A stretch of 53,650 nt of DNA, from positions 1 through 53,650 of IMG/VR virus record IMGVR_UViG_3300005764_000002; one strand, given 5' to 3'. Under the pieces are notes generated by a model that worked only from the letters and a program-made list of their open reading frames with translations, was not told the DNA's origin and made no database searches. Positions 35,349 through 43,642 of this stretch are shown one piece after another. A program made the translations under genes and the position numbers. Each line of letters starts with the position of its first letter. The stretch's first letter is position 1. This DNA is from a virus (Duplodnaviria > Caudoviricetes).

Positions 35349-36893
35349 TCACGCGGCCTTGCGCTCGATCACCGTGCCGGTGCTGATGTCCGTCTCGAAC
35401 ACCAGGGAGAGGATGTGGCCGATCAGCCGGACCCTCCAGAGGAGATGCTCCTCTCCCCGCCCGCGCTGAGTGGCGTTGTTCACCGACTCTTGATCGATCT
35501 CGTAGTCCTCGATCACGCGCGGGGTGTCCTTTAGGGTCTGCGAGAACGCCGTCAGCTCGCCGGCCATGCTGGCACGCCGCTCCGCGGTGTTGCGAGCCTT
35601 GACGTAGGTGCGCAGCCTGGAGCTGGCCGAGAGCTGCAGGAAATCGGTCATCCGGCGCCGCGTAAGTTCGGTCAGCCCGGGCGTGAGCGATGTGGTGACC
35701 ACGCTGTGGAACTGGAACCCGTCGGAGTTTTTCTCGACGGTACTGATCCCGGCGTTCTTGAGCGCGATCAGGTCCGAGCGCTGCAGCGTGGTGTTGGTGA
35801 CCGCGGTCGCCCCGGCCAGGAATGGGATTGCATCCACCGAACCCGCGTGGATGTCGATGTCGGTCTGCGACAGGATCGAGCCGAGCCAGATGTGCGGACC
35901 CTGTTGGATCTTCTGCGCGTTCTCGGGATCGACCGTGTACAGGCTGTTGTAGGCCCATACGATCCGATCACTGCGCGTGGTGATCTGCGTGCCGACCTGG
36001 GTGACCTCGGTGCTCACGCTCTGCCCATGCGCCTGTGACCAGGTCAGGAAGATCCGATCGCTCACGCTGGCCGCGAGCGTGACGATGTTGCTGTGGAACG
36101 TGGCGACGCTGCCAGCCACGGTTTCCGGTACCATCGCCACAGCGACATCCGGGAATACGGCCAGATCGTTCATCCCGGCGTTGTAGTCGGTGACCGCGAG
36201 CGTGCCCTCGGTGCCGAGTACCCCGGTGAAGCCGGCCACGCCGGTCTGGCCGAGCAGGATGAACCCGGCCGCATCAGCACCATCGGTGCTCGGGGTGCTG
36301 TTCACCGGCCGCCCGTCAGCGAGCTTCGTCAGGTCCACGTATCGAGCGACATCAGAGCCGACCACGATCGCTGTGTTGTCGTTGCCGGTGGTGATGTCGA
36401 GATTCGGTAGGCGGATCTGCTTGCCCTTGTACTGGGTGATCAGATCGAAGTGATTGACGTTGCCGTCGGTTGCCGCCACCACCGACACAGATACCAGGTT
36501 GCCCCATGCCCCGACGCTGCTGGCATCGACCCGGAGTACCGGCGTACCGGCGCCGCCGGTCGCGGTCTCCAGCGTGAATGATGCCTTGACCGCATCCGAT
36601 GCGCGCACGCGGCGCGTGACCAGCGTGCCGAACGGCTTATTGAGCAGCGCCGCCCAGATCTGCCCGACGAGCGCACCACCGGATCCGTAGTCGCGACCGT
36701 CGTAGATGTCGAGGAACTGCCCGGACGACGTGATGACCTGGGGTGCGTCCGGACCGCGGACACAGCGGCCGGCGATGCCGGTCGTGGAGAGGTCCCGGCC
36801 TCGGATGAACCCGGGCGGCTTGCGCTCGCTGATGTAGAGCCCCTCGAGTTTTGAGAACTCGGCCGGGTTCGTCGTGAAAAAGATGTCGCCCAT
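35349..36893 (-). CDS. contractile tail sheath protein
   Basis: GLYISE, RGP..P..ITS..QF...Y, G.WGN, L...GI, RRMTDF. Confidence 0.9.
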   Translation of the reverse strand: MGDIFFTTNPAEFSKLEGLYISERKPPGFIRGRDLSTTGIAGRCVRGPDAPQVITSSGQFLDIYDGRDYGSGGALVGQIWAALLNKPFGTLVTRRVRASDAVKASFTLETATGGAGTPVLRVDASSVGAWGNLVSVSVVAATDGNVNHFDLITQYKGKQIRLPNLDITTGNDNTAIVVGSDVARYVDLTKLADGRPVNSTPSTDGADAAGFILLGQTGVAGFTGVLGTEGTLAVTDYNAGMNDLAVFPDVAVAMVPETVAGSVATFHSNIVTLAASVSDRIFLTWSQAHGQSVSTEVTQVGTQITTRSDRIVWAYNSLYTVDPENAQKIQQGPHIWLGSILSQTDIDIHAGSVDAIPFLAGATAVTNTTLQRSDLIALKNAGISTVEKNSDGFQFHSVVTTSLTPGLTELTRRRMTDFLQLSASSRLRTYVKARNTAERRASMAGELTAFSQTLKDTPRVIEDYEIDQESVNNATQRGRGEEHLLWRVRLIGHILSLVFETDISTGTVIERKAA

Positions 36894-36902
36894 GGGTTTC
36901 TC

Positions 36903-37535
36903 CTATGCGATGCGCTGCAGAGTGCCGTCGAGGTTGATCTGCACCAGTTCCGTGGGTGGCACGGGAACCGAGCTGGCTGGTGGTAGCTGCTGCACGCCAA
37001 GCAGCAGCTGCGTGATGGAGTACACCGGGCCGTCCACAATCAACGCTGGGATCATGGCAGTGCACTGGATCCGGGATTCATACCGACGATCGAGCGCCAA
37101 GGTGTTCACCCACTCGTCGGTATCCAGATCGAACGAGCAGAAGAACTGTGACAGCTGCGGACACGCGGTAACCTCGATCACGACAACGCCCGGCATGTGG
37201 AATCCGCTCGATGGGTGCGCGGTCGATAGAAAGAGATCGATTACCCGGTCCTCGAGTGCGCTTCGCTCGCCGGGCGTGGCAGCGACGATCGAGACAACGC
37301 ATGCAGCCTCGTGCCATCCGACGTTGTAGACCAGCCGGTTGCCAGGCAGCTCCGCAACTTCCTCGGCCATGTAGGGATCGTAGGCCCACTGGGTTGGCTC
37401 GATCGCCAGGCTCGGAAGCTGCTCCACATGCGAGGATGGCGGGGTGCCGGCGCAGGTACGACCAGCCAGCTCGGGTACCCGAAGCTCCACCAGCGCACAG
37501 AATGCACGCAGCGCCTCGATCCGGACGACGCTCAT
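36903..37535 (-). CDS. tail completion/terminator-like protein
   Basis: Synteny; ATG 37535 coupled to upstream stop. Confidence 0.55.
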   Translation of the reverse strand: MSVVRIEALRAFCALVELRVPELAGRTCAGTPPSSHVEQLPSLAIEPTQWAYDPYMAEEVAELPGNRLVYNVGWHEAACVVSIVAATPGERSALEDRVIDLFLSTAHPSSGFHMPGVVVIEVTACPQLSQFFCSFDLDTDEWVNTLALDRRYESRIQCTAMIPALIVDGPVYSITQLLLGVQQLPPASSVPVPPTELVQINLDGTLQRIA

Positions 37536-38122
37536 GCACCACCCCCACCGCGCCCCAGATCCGCCTCGATCTTGGTCATCGCGCGCTCTAGCTCGGTCGC
37601 CATCACCGCTCGGAGCTCGTCCACGGAGTTGCGAACGAACAGCGTGGCGCGCATCCCGTATTTGCGGATCTTGAACACGATCGCGTTGGTGATCTGGGTG
37701 ATTACCGGGTCCTCGCCCTTGAACGGCTGCAGCCCGGCGAACATGCCGCGTGGCCGCATCCGTCCCTTGCCGCCGAGCTGGCCACCGCGGAAATGGCGCC
37801 GCACCCATTCGTAGATCGCCGCCCAGCCTTCGGGGTTCACGGTGTGCGGCCGAGCGCCCAGCTCCACCATCGAGATGTGCGGCGCATCGTTGATCAGCTC
37901 GGCGAGCGTGGAATCCGGTCCGGTGAACTCCTTGTCGCCGGCTTTCACGCGCCAGCCGGCCTTGAGCTGGCCCTGATCCACCGGCGTGCGCTTGACCATG
38001 ACCGCGCGCCCCCGGTGCGCGCCGGCCAGCGCGCCGGCGGCGATCGCCCGGCGCATGCGTCGCTCGCCCAGATCCAGCAGATCCGGCAGCTCGCTGAGGT
38101 CGACCGCGATCACGGCGCCCAT
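37532..38122 (-). CDS. HK97 gp10-like neck protein
   Basis: TPVDQGQLKAGW, APH..MVELGA, G.....F. Confidence 0.8.
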   Translation of the reverse strand: MGAVIAVDLSELPDLLDLGERRMRRAIAAGALAGAHRGRAVMVKRTPVDQGQLKAGWRVKAGDKEFTGPDSTLAELINDAPHISMVELGARPHTVNPEGWAAIYEWVRRHFRGGQLGGKGRMRPRGMFAGLQPFKGEDPVITQITNAIVFKIRKYGMRATLFVRNSVDELRAVMATELERAMTKIEADLGRGGGGA

Positions 38123-38622
38123 GACGGTGCTCCATCCACCACGCGTAGGTAGAGCATCCAGCCCATCGTCTTTTCGCGGTCCACGAATGCCGGCGCGGTC
38201 ATGCCGAACAGCCGCGCCTCGGTGCCCTGTCCATGCGCGTCGGTGATGCCGATGAACTGTTCTTGATTGCGGCCCAGCCCGGCGCCGCGGCCGGTGAGCT
38301 GCGCCTCGGTGTAGGTCAGCGAGATCTCCGACAGCCGAACTTCGCCCAGCTCGCGGATGCCGCACATCGCCTGCACGAAGCGCATCCCGTCCCACACCAT
38401 CACGCGTGGCTGCGGGCGCAGCTCCGCGGTATCGTAGGTGACCTGACCCTCGCCGGCTTCCTTGCCGGTCCACGTCGTGATCACCCGGAAGCATCGGTAG
38501 GAGCGGACGCCGAACGCAGGCAGCAGATCATCACGCAGTCCGTCGATCAGGTCCGGCACAAGCGAATCCACGAGGACCGCCGGGTCCAGTGTGGCATCGC
38601 CGATGAGAACTGGTGAGGTCAC
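38110..38622 (-). CDS. head closure/stopper-like protein
   Basis: Synteny; FG.R.Y.......W.G...G.G pattern. Confidence 0.6.
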   Translation of the reverse strand: MTSPVLIGDATLDPAVLVDSLVPDLIDGLRDDLLPAFGVRSYRCFRVITTWTGKEAGEGQVTYDTAELRPQPRVMVWDGMRFVQAMCGIRELGEVRLSEISLTYTEAQLTGRGAGLGRNQEQFIGITDAHGQGTEARLFGMTAPAFVDREKTMGWMLYLRVVDGAPSWAP

Positions 38623-38632
38623 GATGTGCCGA

Positions 38633-39361
38633 TCAGAGCCCGGCCGGCTTGCGGATGGTGAACGTCACGGTGAGCGTCGGGCCGGTCGATCCGGTGAAAT
38701 GCACGCGGATCGCGTTGTGCGGTCCGGTGATCACCGCCGGACTCGCAGCGTTCGACGTGGTTACCGCCGATCCCTGGTTCGTCCAAAGCGGCGAGCCGAC
38801 GGTCGGATCTTCGGTGGTCTGGATCTGCGCCGAGCCACCGCCGAACGTGCCGGTGATCTGTACTGTGACGTTCGCAGCGTTGAGCATCGAGACCGCAGCG
38901 TCGCCATCGGCGCTCAGCACGACCGTCTTGACCACGCTGTTCAGCGGGGTGCCGAGCGCGTTCTGCGCGGCCACGGTGAAGCTGGACACGTCGATGCCGG
39001 CCGATCCGGGGTTGACGGTGGCCACGTTCATGTCGAGCGCGGTCACCTGGTGTGTGACGTTCAGCGTGTCCGCCAGCGTGCCGGTGACACGGACCGCCAG
39101 ACAGCCGAGCGTGTCTAGGTCGGCCGCGGCGTGCACCACCTTGTACCAGCCGTTGGCCAGCTCGGTGATCACCGTTCCGGCATCGACGGCAGCGAACGCG
39201 GCGCCGGCCTTGCTGATCGTCATGGCGATTCCGGCGCCGCCCGTGAAGTCCGCGCCGCTCGCTGCAAGCGTCATGTGGAACATCCACGTGCGTTGCGCAG
39301 CGGTGGCCTCGGATTGGGTGAGAATCATCGAACCTGCGCTACTGGTGGGTACGGTCGCCAT
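38633..39361 (-). CDS. virion (decoration-like) protein
   Basis: ISKAGAAF...ELANGWY...DLDTLG domain related to 25897-26856. Confidence 0.65.
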   Translation of the reverse strand: MATVPTSSAGSMILTQSEATAAQRTWMFHMTLAASGADFTGGAGIAMTISKAGAAFAAVDAGTVITELANGWYKVVHAAADLDTLGCLAVRVTGTLADTLNVTHQVTALDMNVATVNPGSAGIDVSSFTVAAQNALGTPLNSVVKTVVLSADGDAAVSMLNAANVTVQITGTFGGGSAQIQTTEDPTVGSPLWTNQGSAVTTSNAASPAVITGPHNAIRVHFTGSTGPTLTVTFTIRKPAGL

Positions 39362-39459
39362 GGGTGCCTCGGTGCTCCACGGTGCGTGTCAGGAAAGCTC
39401 CGGCGGTCAGGCAATGCGCACTGGAGCGGTATGAGCACCGCCCGCCGCCGGAAATGGGA

Positions 39460-39858
39460 TCAGCCCTGCATCTGCGAGTTACCTCCGCCGATCGGACCAG
39501 AGAAGCTCCCACGCCATGCGGAGGGAGCGGGCGAGAACGGGCCGCCACGTTGTTCGACAGCGAACAACCTGGCGAGGCGTGCGCAGCGCTCGGCGCCGCG
39601 AGATCGGAGCTGCGATAGCTCGCGTGGGTTGAGCTTGATCGATCCGACGTTGTCTGCCTTGAACCGCGCCTCGCATGCGGTGATCGCGGCGTCGATCCGC
39701 GCCAGCTCGGTAAGATGATCGCGCGTGCGGGCGAGGTCGGACGGCTGCGTCTCGATCGCCGACATCGCGCGTTCCAGCGCGGTATCCGTCTGACCGAATC
39801 GGGCGCTCCATCCGAGGTATTCGCGGATGCGCGTCTTTTCGTCGTCCGTGAACGGCAC
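39460..39858 (-). CDS. head-tail adaptor-like protein
   Basis: MPFTDDEKTRIREYLGW; position after capsid. Confidence 0.6.
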   Translation of the reverse strand: MPFTDDEKTRIREYLGWSARFGQTDTALERAMSAIETQPSDLARTRDHLTELARIDAAITACEARFKADNVGSIKLNPRELSQLRSRGAERCARLARLFAVEQRGGPFSPAPSAWRGSFSGPIGGGNSQMQG

Positions 39859-40548
39859 CTACGAGCCCCCTCGCCGGCCCTTGGCCTCGGCGCGAGTTGG
39901 GATCGCCGGCGGTGGCACTGCGGGTGCCGCGGCCGGTGGGAGTTGCACCGGCGCAGCGTCGTCGCCGGGGATCGGATCGTCATGCTCCGGCGGGGGCTCG
40001 TCGCCCCCCGCCATCTGATCCTCGTCATCTTCCACTGCCCGGCGCGCTGCCGCCGGTGCCGGCTTGGCGATCTCGGCCTGCACCTGCACCTCGGTGCCAT
40101 CGGTGCGCTGCAGCGTGAGCCGCAGCGGAGCCTTGTCCGCCTCGGCTTTGGCTGCAAGCGCCGTGTCCCAGCGCTTTTGCCACACCTTGGCTTCGCTCTC
40201 GGGCACCACCATCGGCAGCCGCGGGCCAGGCTGGACCACCCACACGAGCTTTCCATCCTTGTCCGGCTCACGGCGCCCCGGCCATGCCTCGATCTCGCTG
40301 AGCGAGAAGATGGTGGGCGGCATCTCCTTGCCGGCGCTGCCGGTGTACGGCCGCGCATATCCGCGCTGCACATAGAGCCCGCCGCCGGGCGGCACCACGT
40401 GTCGACGCGGCTTCGAGCCGGGGACCGTGGCGAACTCGAGTCGAGCCACGTAGGGGGAGATGTTCACGCAGCGCTCCTCGGAGCTCTCCTCCGCGTCGAT
40501 GTCCCAGTCATCGACAGCGCTGCGCTGCTGTGTGGTTCGCGGTCCCAT
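39859..40548 (-). CDS. hypothetical protein following major capsid
   Basis: CAGGAG RBS; Pro/Ala/acidic tail. Confidence 0.65.
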   Translation of the reverse strand: MGPRTTQQRSAVDDWDIDAEESSEERCVNISPYVARLEFATVPGSKPRRHVVPPGGGLYVQRGYARPYTGSAGKEMPPTIFSLSEIEAWPGRREPDKDGKLVWVVQPGPRLPMVVPESEAKVWQKRWDTALAAKAEADKAPLRLTLQRTDGTEVQVQAEIAKPAPAAARRAVEDDEDQMAGGDEPPPEHDDPIPGDDAAPVQLPPAAAPAVPPPAIPTRAEAKGRRGGS

Positions 40549-40575
40549 GGTGCTTGCTCCTGTGCGCGCCGGTAG

Positions 40576-40620
40576 GTGATCGGCGGTCCAGCCCGGCGCG
40601 AACCGGACCGCCGATCGCCG
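40576..40620 (-). terminator. strong hairpin just after the major capsid stop (terminator or mRNA stabiliser)
   Basis: GCGATCGGCGGTCCGG...CTGGACCGCCGATCAC stem; no clear U-tract. Confidence 0.5.
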
Positions 40621-40623
40621 GCG

Positions 40624-41685
40624 TTAGAGGGTCGAATCCAGATCCACGATGACGCCGCAGCTGTTGGGCCGGCGCACCTGCAGCCCCGGGTAGATGATCA
40701 GCTGGAACTTGTACGTGTCGCCAGAGCGGCCGAGCGGGTTGATGCGCGCGGTCAGCTTGGCGCTTGGCTGGCCGAGCTGCTCCTCCGGCGTACCGGCCAG
40801 GCCAACCATCGCCGTGGACTGGTTCACGCCATCGACCTGATCCGGCAGCTGGAGCACGCGCACGTAGCGCGTATTCAGGAACAGCATGTAGCCGGTCGGG
40901 CAGTCGACGTCTTCGAGCACCGGGATGCCGTCGAACTCGAGCATCTGGTAACCGCCGTCGAGCGTGATCATGTTGCCGCGGAGCCGGATCTCGGTCACAT
41001 ACCGGCGCTGCTGGCCGAACAGCTGCCCGTACTTCTCGTGCAGCTCCGGCGTGGTCGTGATGAGATCGGGCTTGAGCCCGCTCGCGCGGTAGATCCGGCG
41101 CCGCATGTCGCGCATCAGGTCGAACGTCAGCGCGCGACCGACGCCGCCGTTGCGCGACACCGAGCCCTGCCACTGCGAGCGCACGGCGCGATCGATGTTC
41201 GCGTACGTGCCGGTGTCCATGATGCCGCCGCCGGTCGCGACGAGCCCCAGGATGAAGTTGGCCGCGCCGCTGCCGGTGTACAGGTCGATCGCGATGCCCT
41301 TGGCGAGGCGCTCGACGCAATCGCTCAGCTCGTCCAAATAAAGGTTGGCCAGCTCTTCCGGGTTGCGCGCCGCGCGCGCGGCGGCCATCGCCTTGCCGGT
41401 CACGCCGAACGCATCATCGTACGTGCCGAACTCGAGGGTCGCCGGCACCTTGTCATCGTTGTTGAGGGTCGCAACGTCCGCGCCCTCGGCCCGTGCGCCA
41501 CCAACGGCCGAACCGAAGCGCGCGTTCCACGAGATGTTCTTGCCAGTCGTGCCCGGACCGACCGGCAGCACCTGGAGCAGGACGGTTGCGCGGTTGATCT
41601 GCGAGGTGATCATGTCCTCGAAGATCGTGGTCAGCGATGCCGCGATCGTCGCAAGCGGGGATTGGTTATAGGAAACGGTCGCCAT
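40624..41685 (-). CDS. major capsid protein (HK97 fold)
   Basis: LYTGSG....I.GL, TYANIDR....W, PDLI.TT, F.GIP...D..CP.G...FLN. Confidence 0.9.
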   Translation of the reverse strand: MATVSYNQSPLATIAASLTTIFEDMITSQINRATVLLQVLPVGPGTTGKNISWNARFGSAVGGARAEGADVATLNNDDKVPATLEFGTYDDAFGVTGKAMAAARAARNPEELANLYLDELSDCVERLAKGIAIDLYTGSGAANFILGLVATGGGIMDTGTYANIDRAVRSQWQGSVSRNGGVGRALTFDLMRDMRRRIYRASGLKPDLITTTPELHEKYGQLFGQQRRYVTEIRLRGNMITLDGGYQMLEFDGIPVLEDVDCPTGYMLFLNTRYVRVLQLPDQVDGVNQSTAMVGLAGTPEEQLGQPSAKLTARINPLGRSGDTYKFQLIIYPGLQVRRPNSCGVIVDLDSTL

Positions 41686-41842
41686 GCGAAGCACTCCGGG
41701 GTGGGACAAACACGCGGCTCGCCCGCGCTGCGTTCGCCCCGGTTACCCGGTCGTGCTTCCCCACCCGGTTGCTCCTGGCCGGATGGGTAGTGGCCATTAC
41801 CATCGCAGGGATCTCAGCTCAAGTCAAGAACCGCTTGCGTTG

Positions 41843-41865
41843 AGTTTATAGCAGTGCTATAAACT
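41843..41865 (+). promoter_or_regulatory. perfect operator copy before moron gene
   Basis: AGTTTATAGC-AGT-GCTATAAACT (dyad extends 41841-41867). Confidence 0.88.
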
Positions 41866-41869
41866 CATA

Positions 41870-42361
41870 ATGCGCAACATCAATCGCTCTTACCGCCAGC
41901 AGAAGCGCGCCGAGATCAAGGCCCTGCCGATTCGCTTCAAGGCCGAGGCGCCGGGGATGTACCTGTCGGAGGCTGGGCCGTGCAGCAAGGTCGGCGAGTA
42001 CCGGATCCACAAGACCGAGCACAGCGGCCGTGGTACGTCTCACAGCGGGCGGGTGCACTGGCACGTCAAGCACGTGCCGACAAACCAGGTCATCGCGCAC
42101 CACTTCTCGTCTCCGTACTCGCTGTCGCTCGACGACGCAATTCAGACGCTCCACGTCGTGATCGGTCGCTGGCTGCGGGACGGGTTCGAGGTTCTCGCGA
42201 AGATGAACACGGACCACCAGCGCAAGTTCGAGTCTGAGCAGCTGGCGGTGCAGGCACGTGCCGTGCTCGAGAGCAAGATTGCCCGGGGCATGCGTGATGC
42301 AGGCGCCGCCGACAATCTCAGTCTTGTGCGCGCGATCGCCGACTCAATCGAGGCGCCGTGA
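41870..42361 (+). CDS. moron-like hypothetical protein, antisense to the head operon
   Basis: Own promoter TTGCGT-N17-TATAAA-N6-ATG with perfect operator. Confidence 0.75.
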   Translation: MRNINRSYRQQKRAEIKALPIRFKAEAPGMYLSEAGPCSKVGEYRIHKTEHSGRGTSHSGRVHWHVKHVPTNQVIAHHFSSPYSLSLDDAIQTLHVVIGRWLRDGFEVLAKMNTDHQRKFESEQLAVQARAVLESKIARGMRDAGAADNLSLVRAIADSIEAP

Positions 42362-42668
42362 CCTACCGCCGGACGTGACCGCGGCAGCCCAGAGCACATC
42401 CACTGGCTCACGCGCGTGGCCGAGGCGCTCAACCTGCGCACCGAGTCGGCTCGCGTGTTCTTCGAACACCAGATCACGGAACGCTACTGGTAGCATCAAC
42501 GCGGCGGCGAACGCGACATCCACCACTCCAGGATCACGAGCAGCAGCCCGAATAGCATCTCGCACCCCATTGCAGCCGCTGTGCCCGCGCAAGTCATGCG
42601 CCGGCTAGAACATCAGCGCAAACGCTTCGCGTGCCCCGCGCTCAGATGCAAGGCGTGCGCGGATCTCG

Positions 42669-43577
42669 CTACCCGATCGTGATGTTTCCGCCGGCCAATG
42701 CATCCATTGCGCCAGCCAAGTTGTTCACCGCGTCTTGGCGCTGCTGGACCTTGGCGTCTCGCGCCGATTGCGCCGGTGCTGCGCCGCTGCGCGCACCCGT
42801 CGCCGGCCGCGATCCGCTGCCGCTGCGGTGCTGGGTAGCGCCGTTGCCGGCCGTCGGTGCTCCGCGAGCCGGTTGCGTCGGCGGAGCCAGATAGCTCTTG
42901 CCTTCATCGGTCTCGGTCCAGCCGCGCACGCCTTCGGACATGTCCAGATCCTCGTCCACGCCATCGCGCTTGCTGACGTACGTCCAGCGCTGTTCCTTGT
43001 CGAGCCAACGCGTCGAATCGCGCAGCACCGCCACGGCGCCGCGCAGCCGGTTCTTGTCCACGCCGGCCTCGCCGAGCATCTCGCGCAGCGACTGATCGCG
43101 CTCGGCCTCACGCGCGCGGGTGATTTCAGTGGCGCGCTCGGCCTCCATCCGCTTCACGCGAGCTTCGAGCGCCCGGGTGCGATCATCACCGCCGCCGCGC
43201 GTGCGATCGTCCCGCCCCCGATCATCCTCGCGATCGTCGTCGCGTCCACGTCCGCGCCGCGGCTGCTCCGGCGCCGCATCACGACGAGCGTTGCGCGCGC
43301 CACGGCGCGGCGGCACGTCGCGATCGTCATCCCGATCATCCTCGCGATCGTCGTCGCCGCGGTCATCCTCACGACGGTTCGGCGCCCGGCGATCGCGCTC
43401 GTCCAGTACGTTGTTAACTGCCTGTGCGAGCATGTTGGGTAGCTTGCGCTGCATGTGGCCCGACACCGCGGCGTTCACGATGTCGACCACCTCGTCGCGC
43501 GTGAGCGGCGAATCACCGCCCTCGTCAGGATCATCGTTGTTCTGTCCGCGCTGTCGCTGTCCGCGTGCTTGTGCCAT
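42669..43577 (-). CDS. capsid scaffolding protein
   Basis: Highly charged, DDDRED repeats, coiled coil; upstream of MCP. Confidence 0.7.
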   Translation of the reverse strand: MAQARGQRQRGQNNDDPDEGGDSPLTRDEVVDIVNAAVSGHMQRKLPNMLAQAVNNVLDERDRRAPNRREDDRGDDDREDDRDDDRDVPPRRGARNARRDAAPEQPRRGRGRDDDREDDRGRDDRTRGGGDDRTRALEARVKRMEAERATEITRAREAERDQSLREMLGEAGVDKNRLRGAVAVLRDSTRWLDKEQRWTYVSKRDGVDEDLDMSEGVRGWTETDEGKSYLAPPTQPARGAPTAGNGATQHRSGSGSRPATGARSGAAPAQSARDAKVQQRQDAVNNLAGAMDALAGGNITIG

Positions 43578-43642
43578 TGGTGTGCTCCTGGCCCATCTTG
43601 CCGCGAATCGCAACAAGAATCACGCGGATCGTGCAACCGGGA

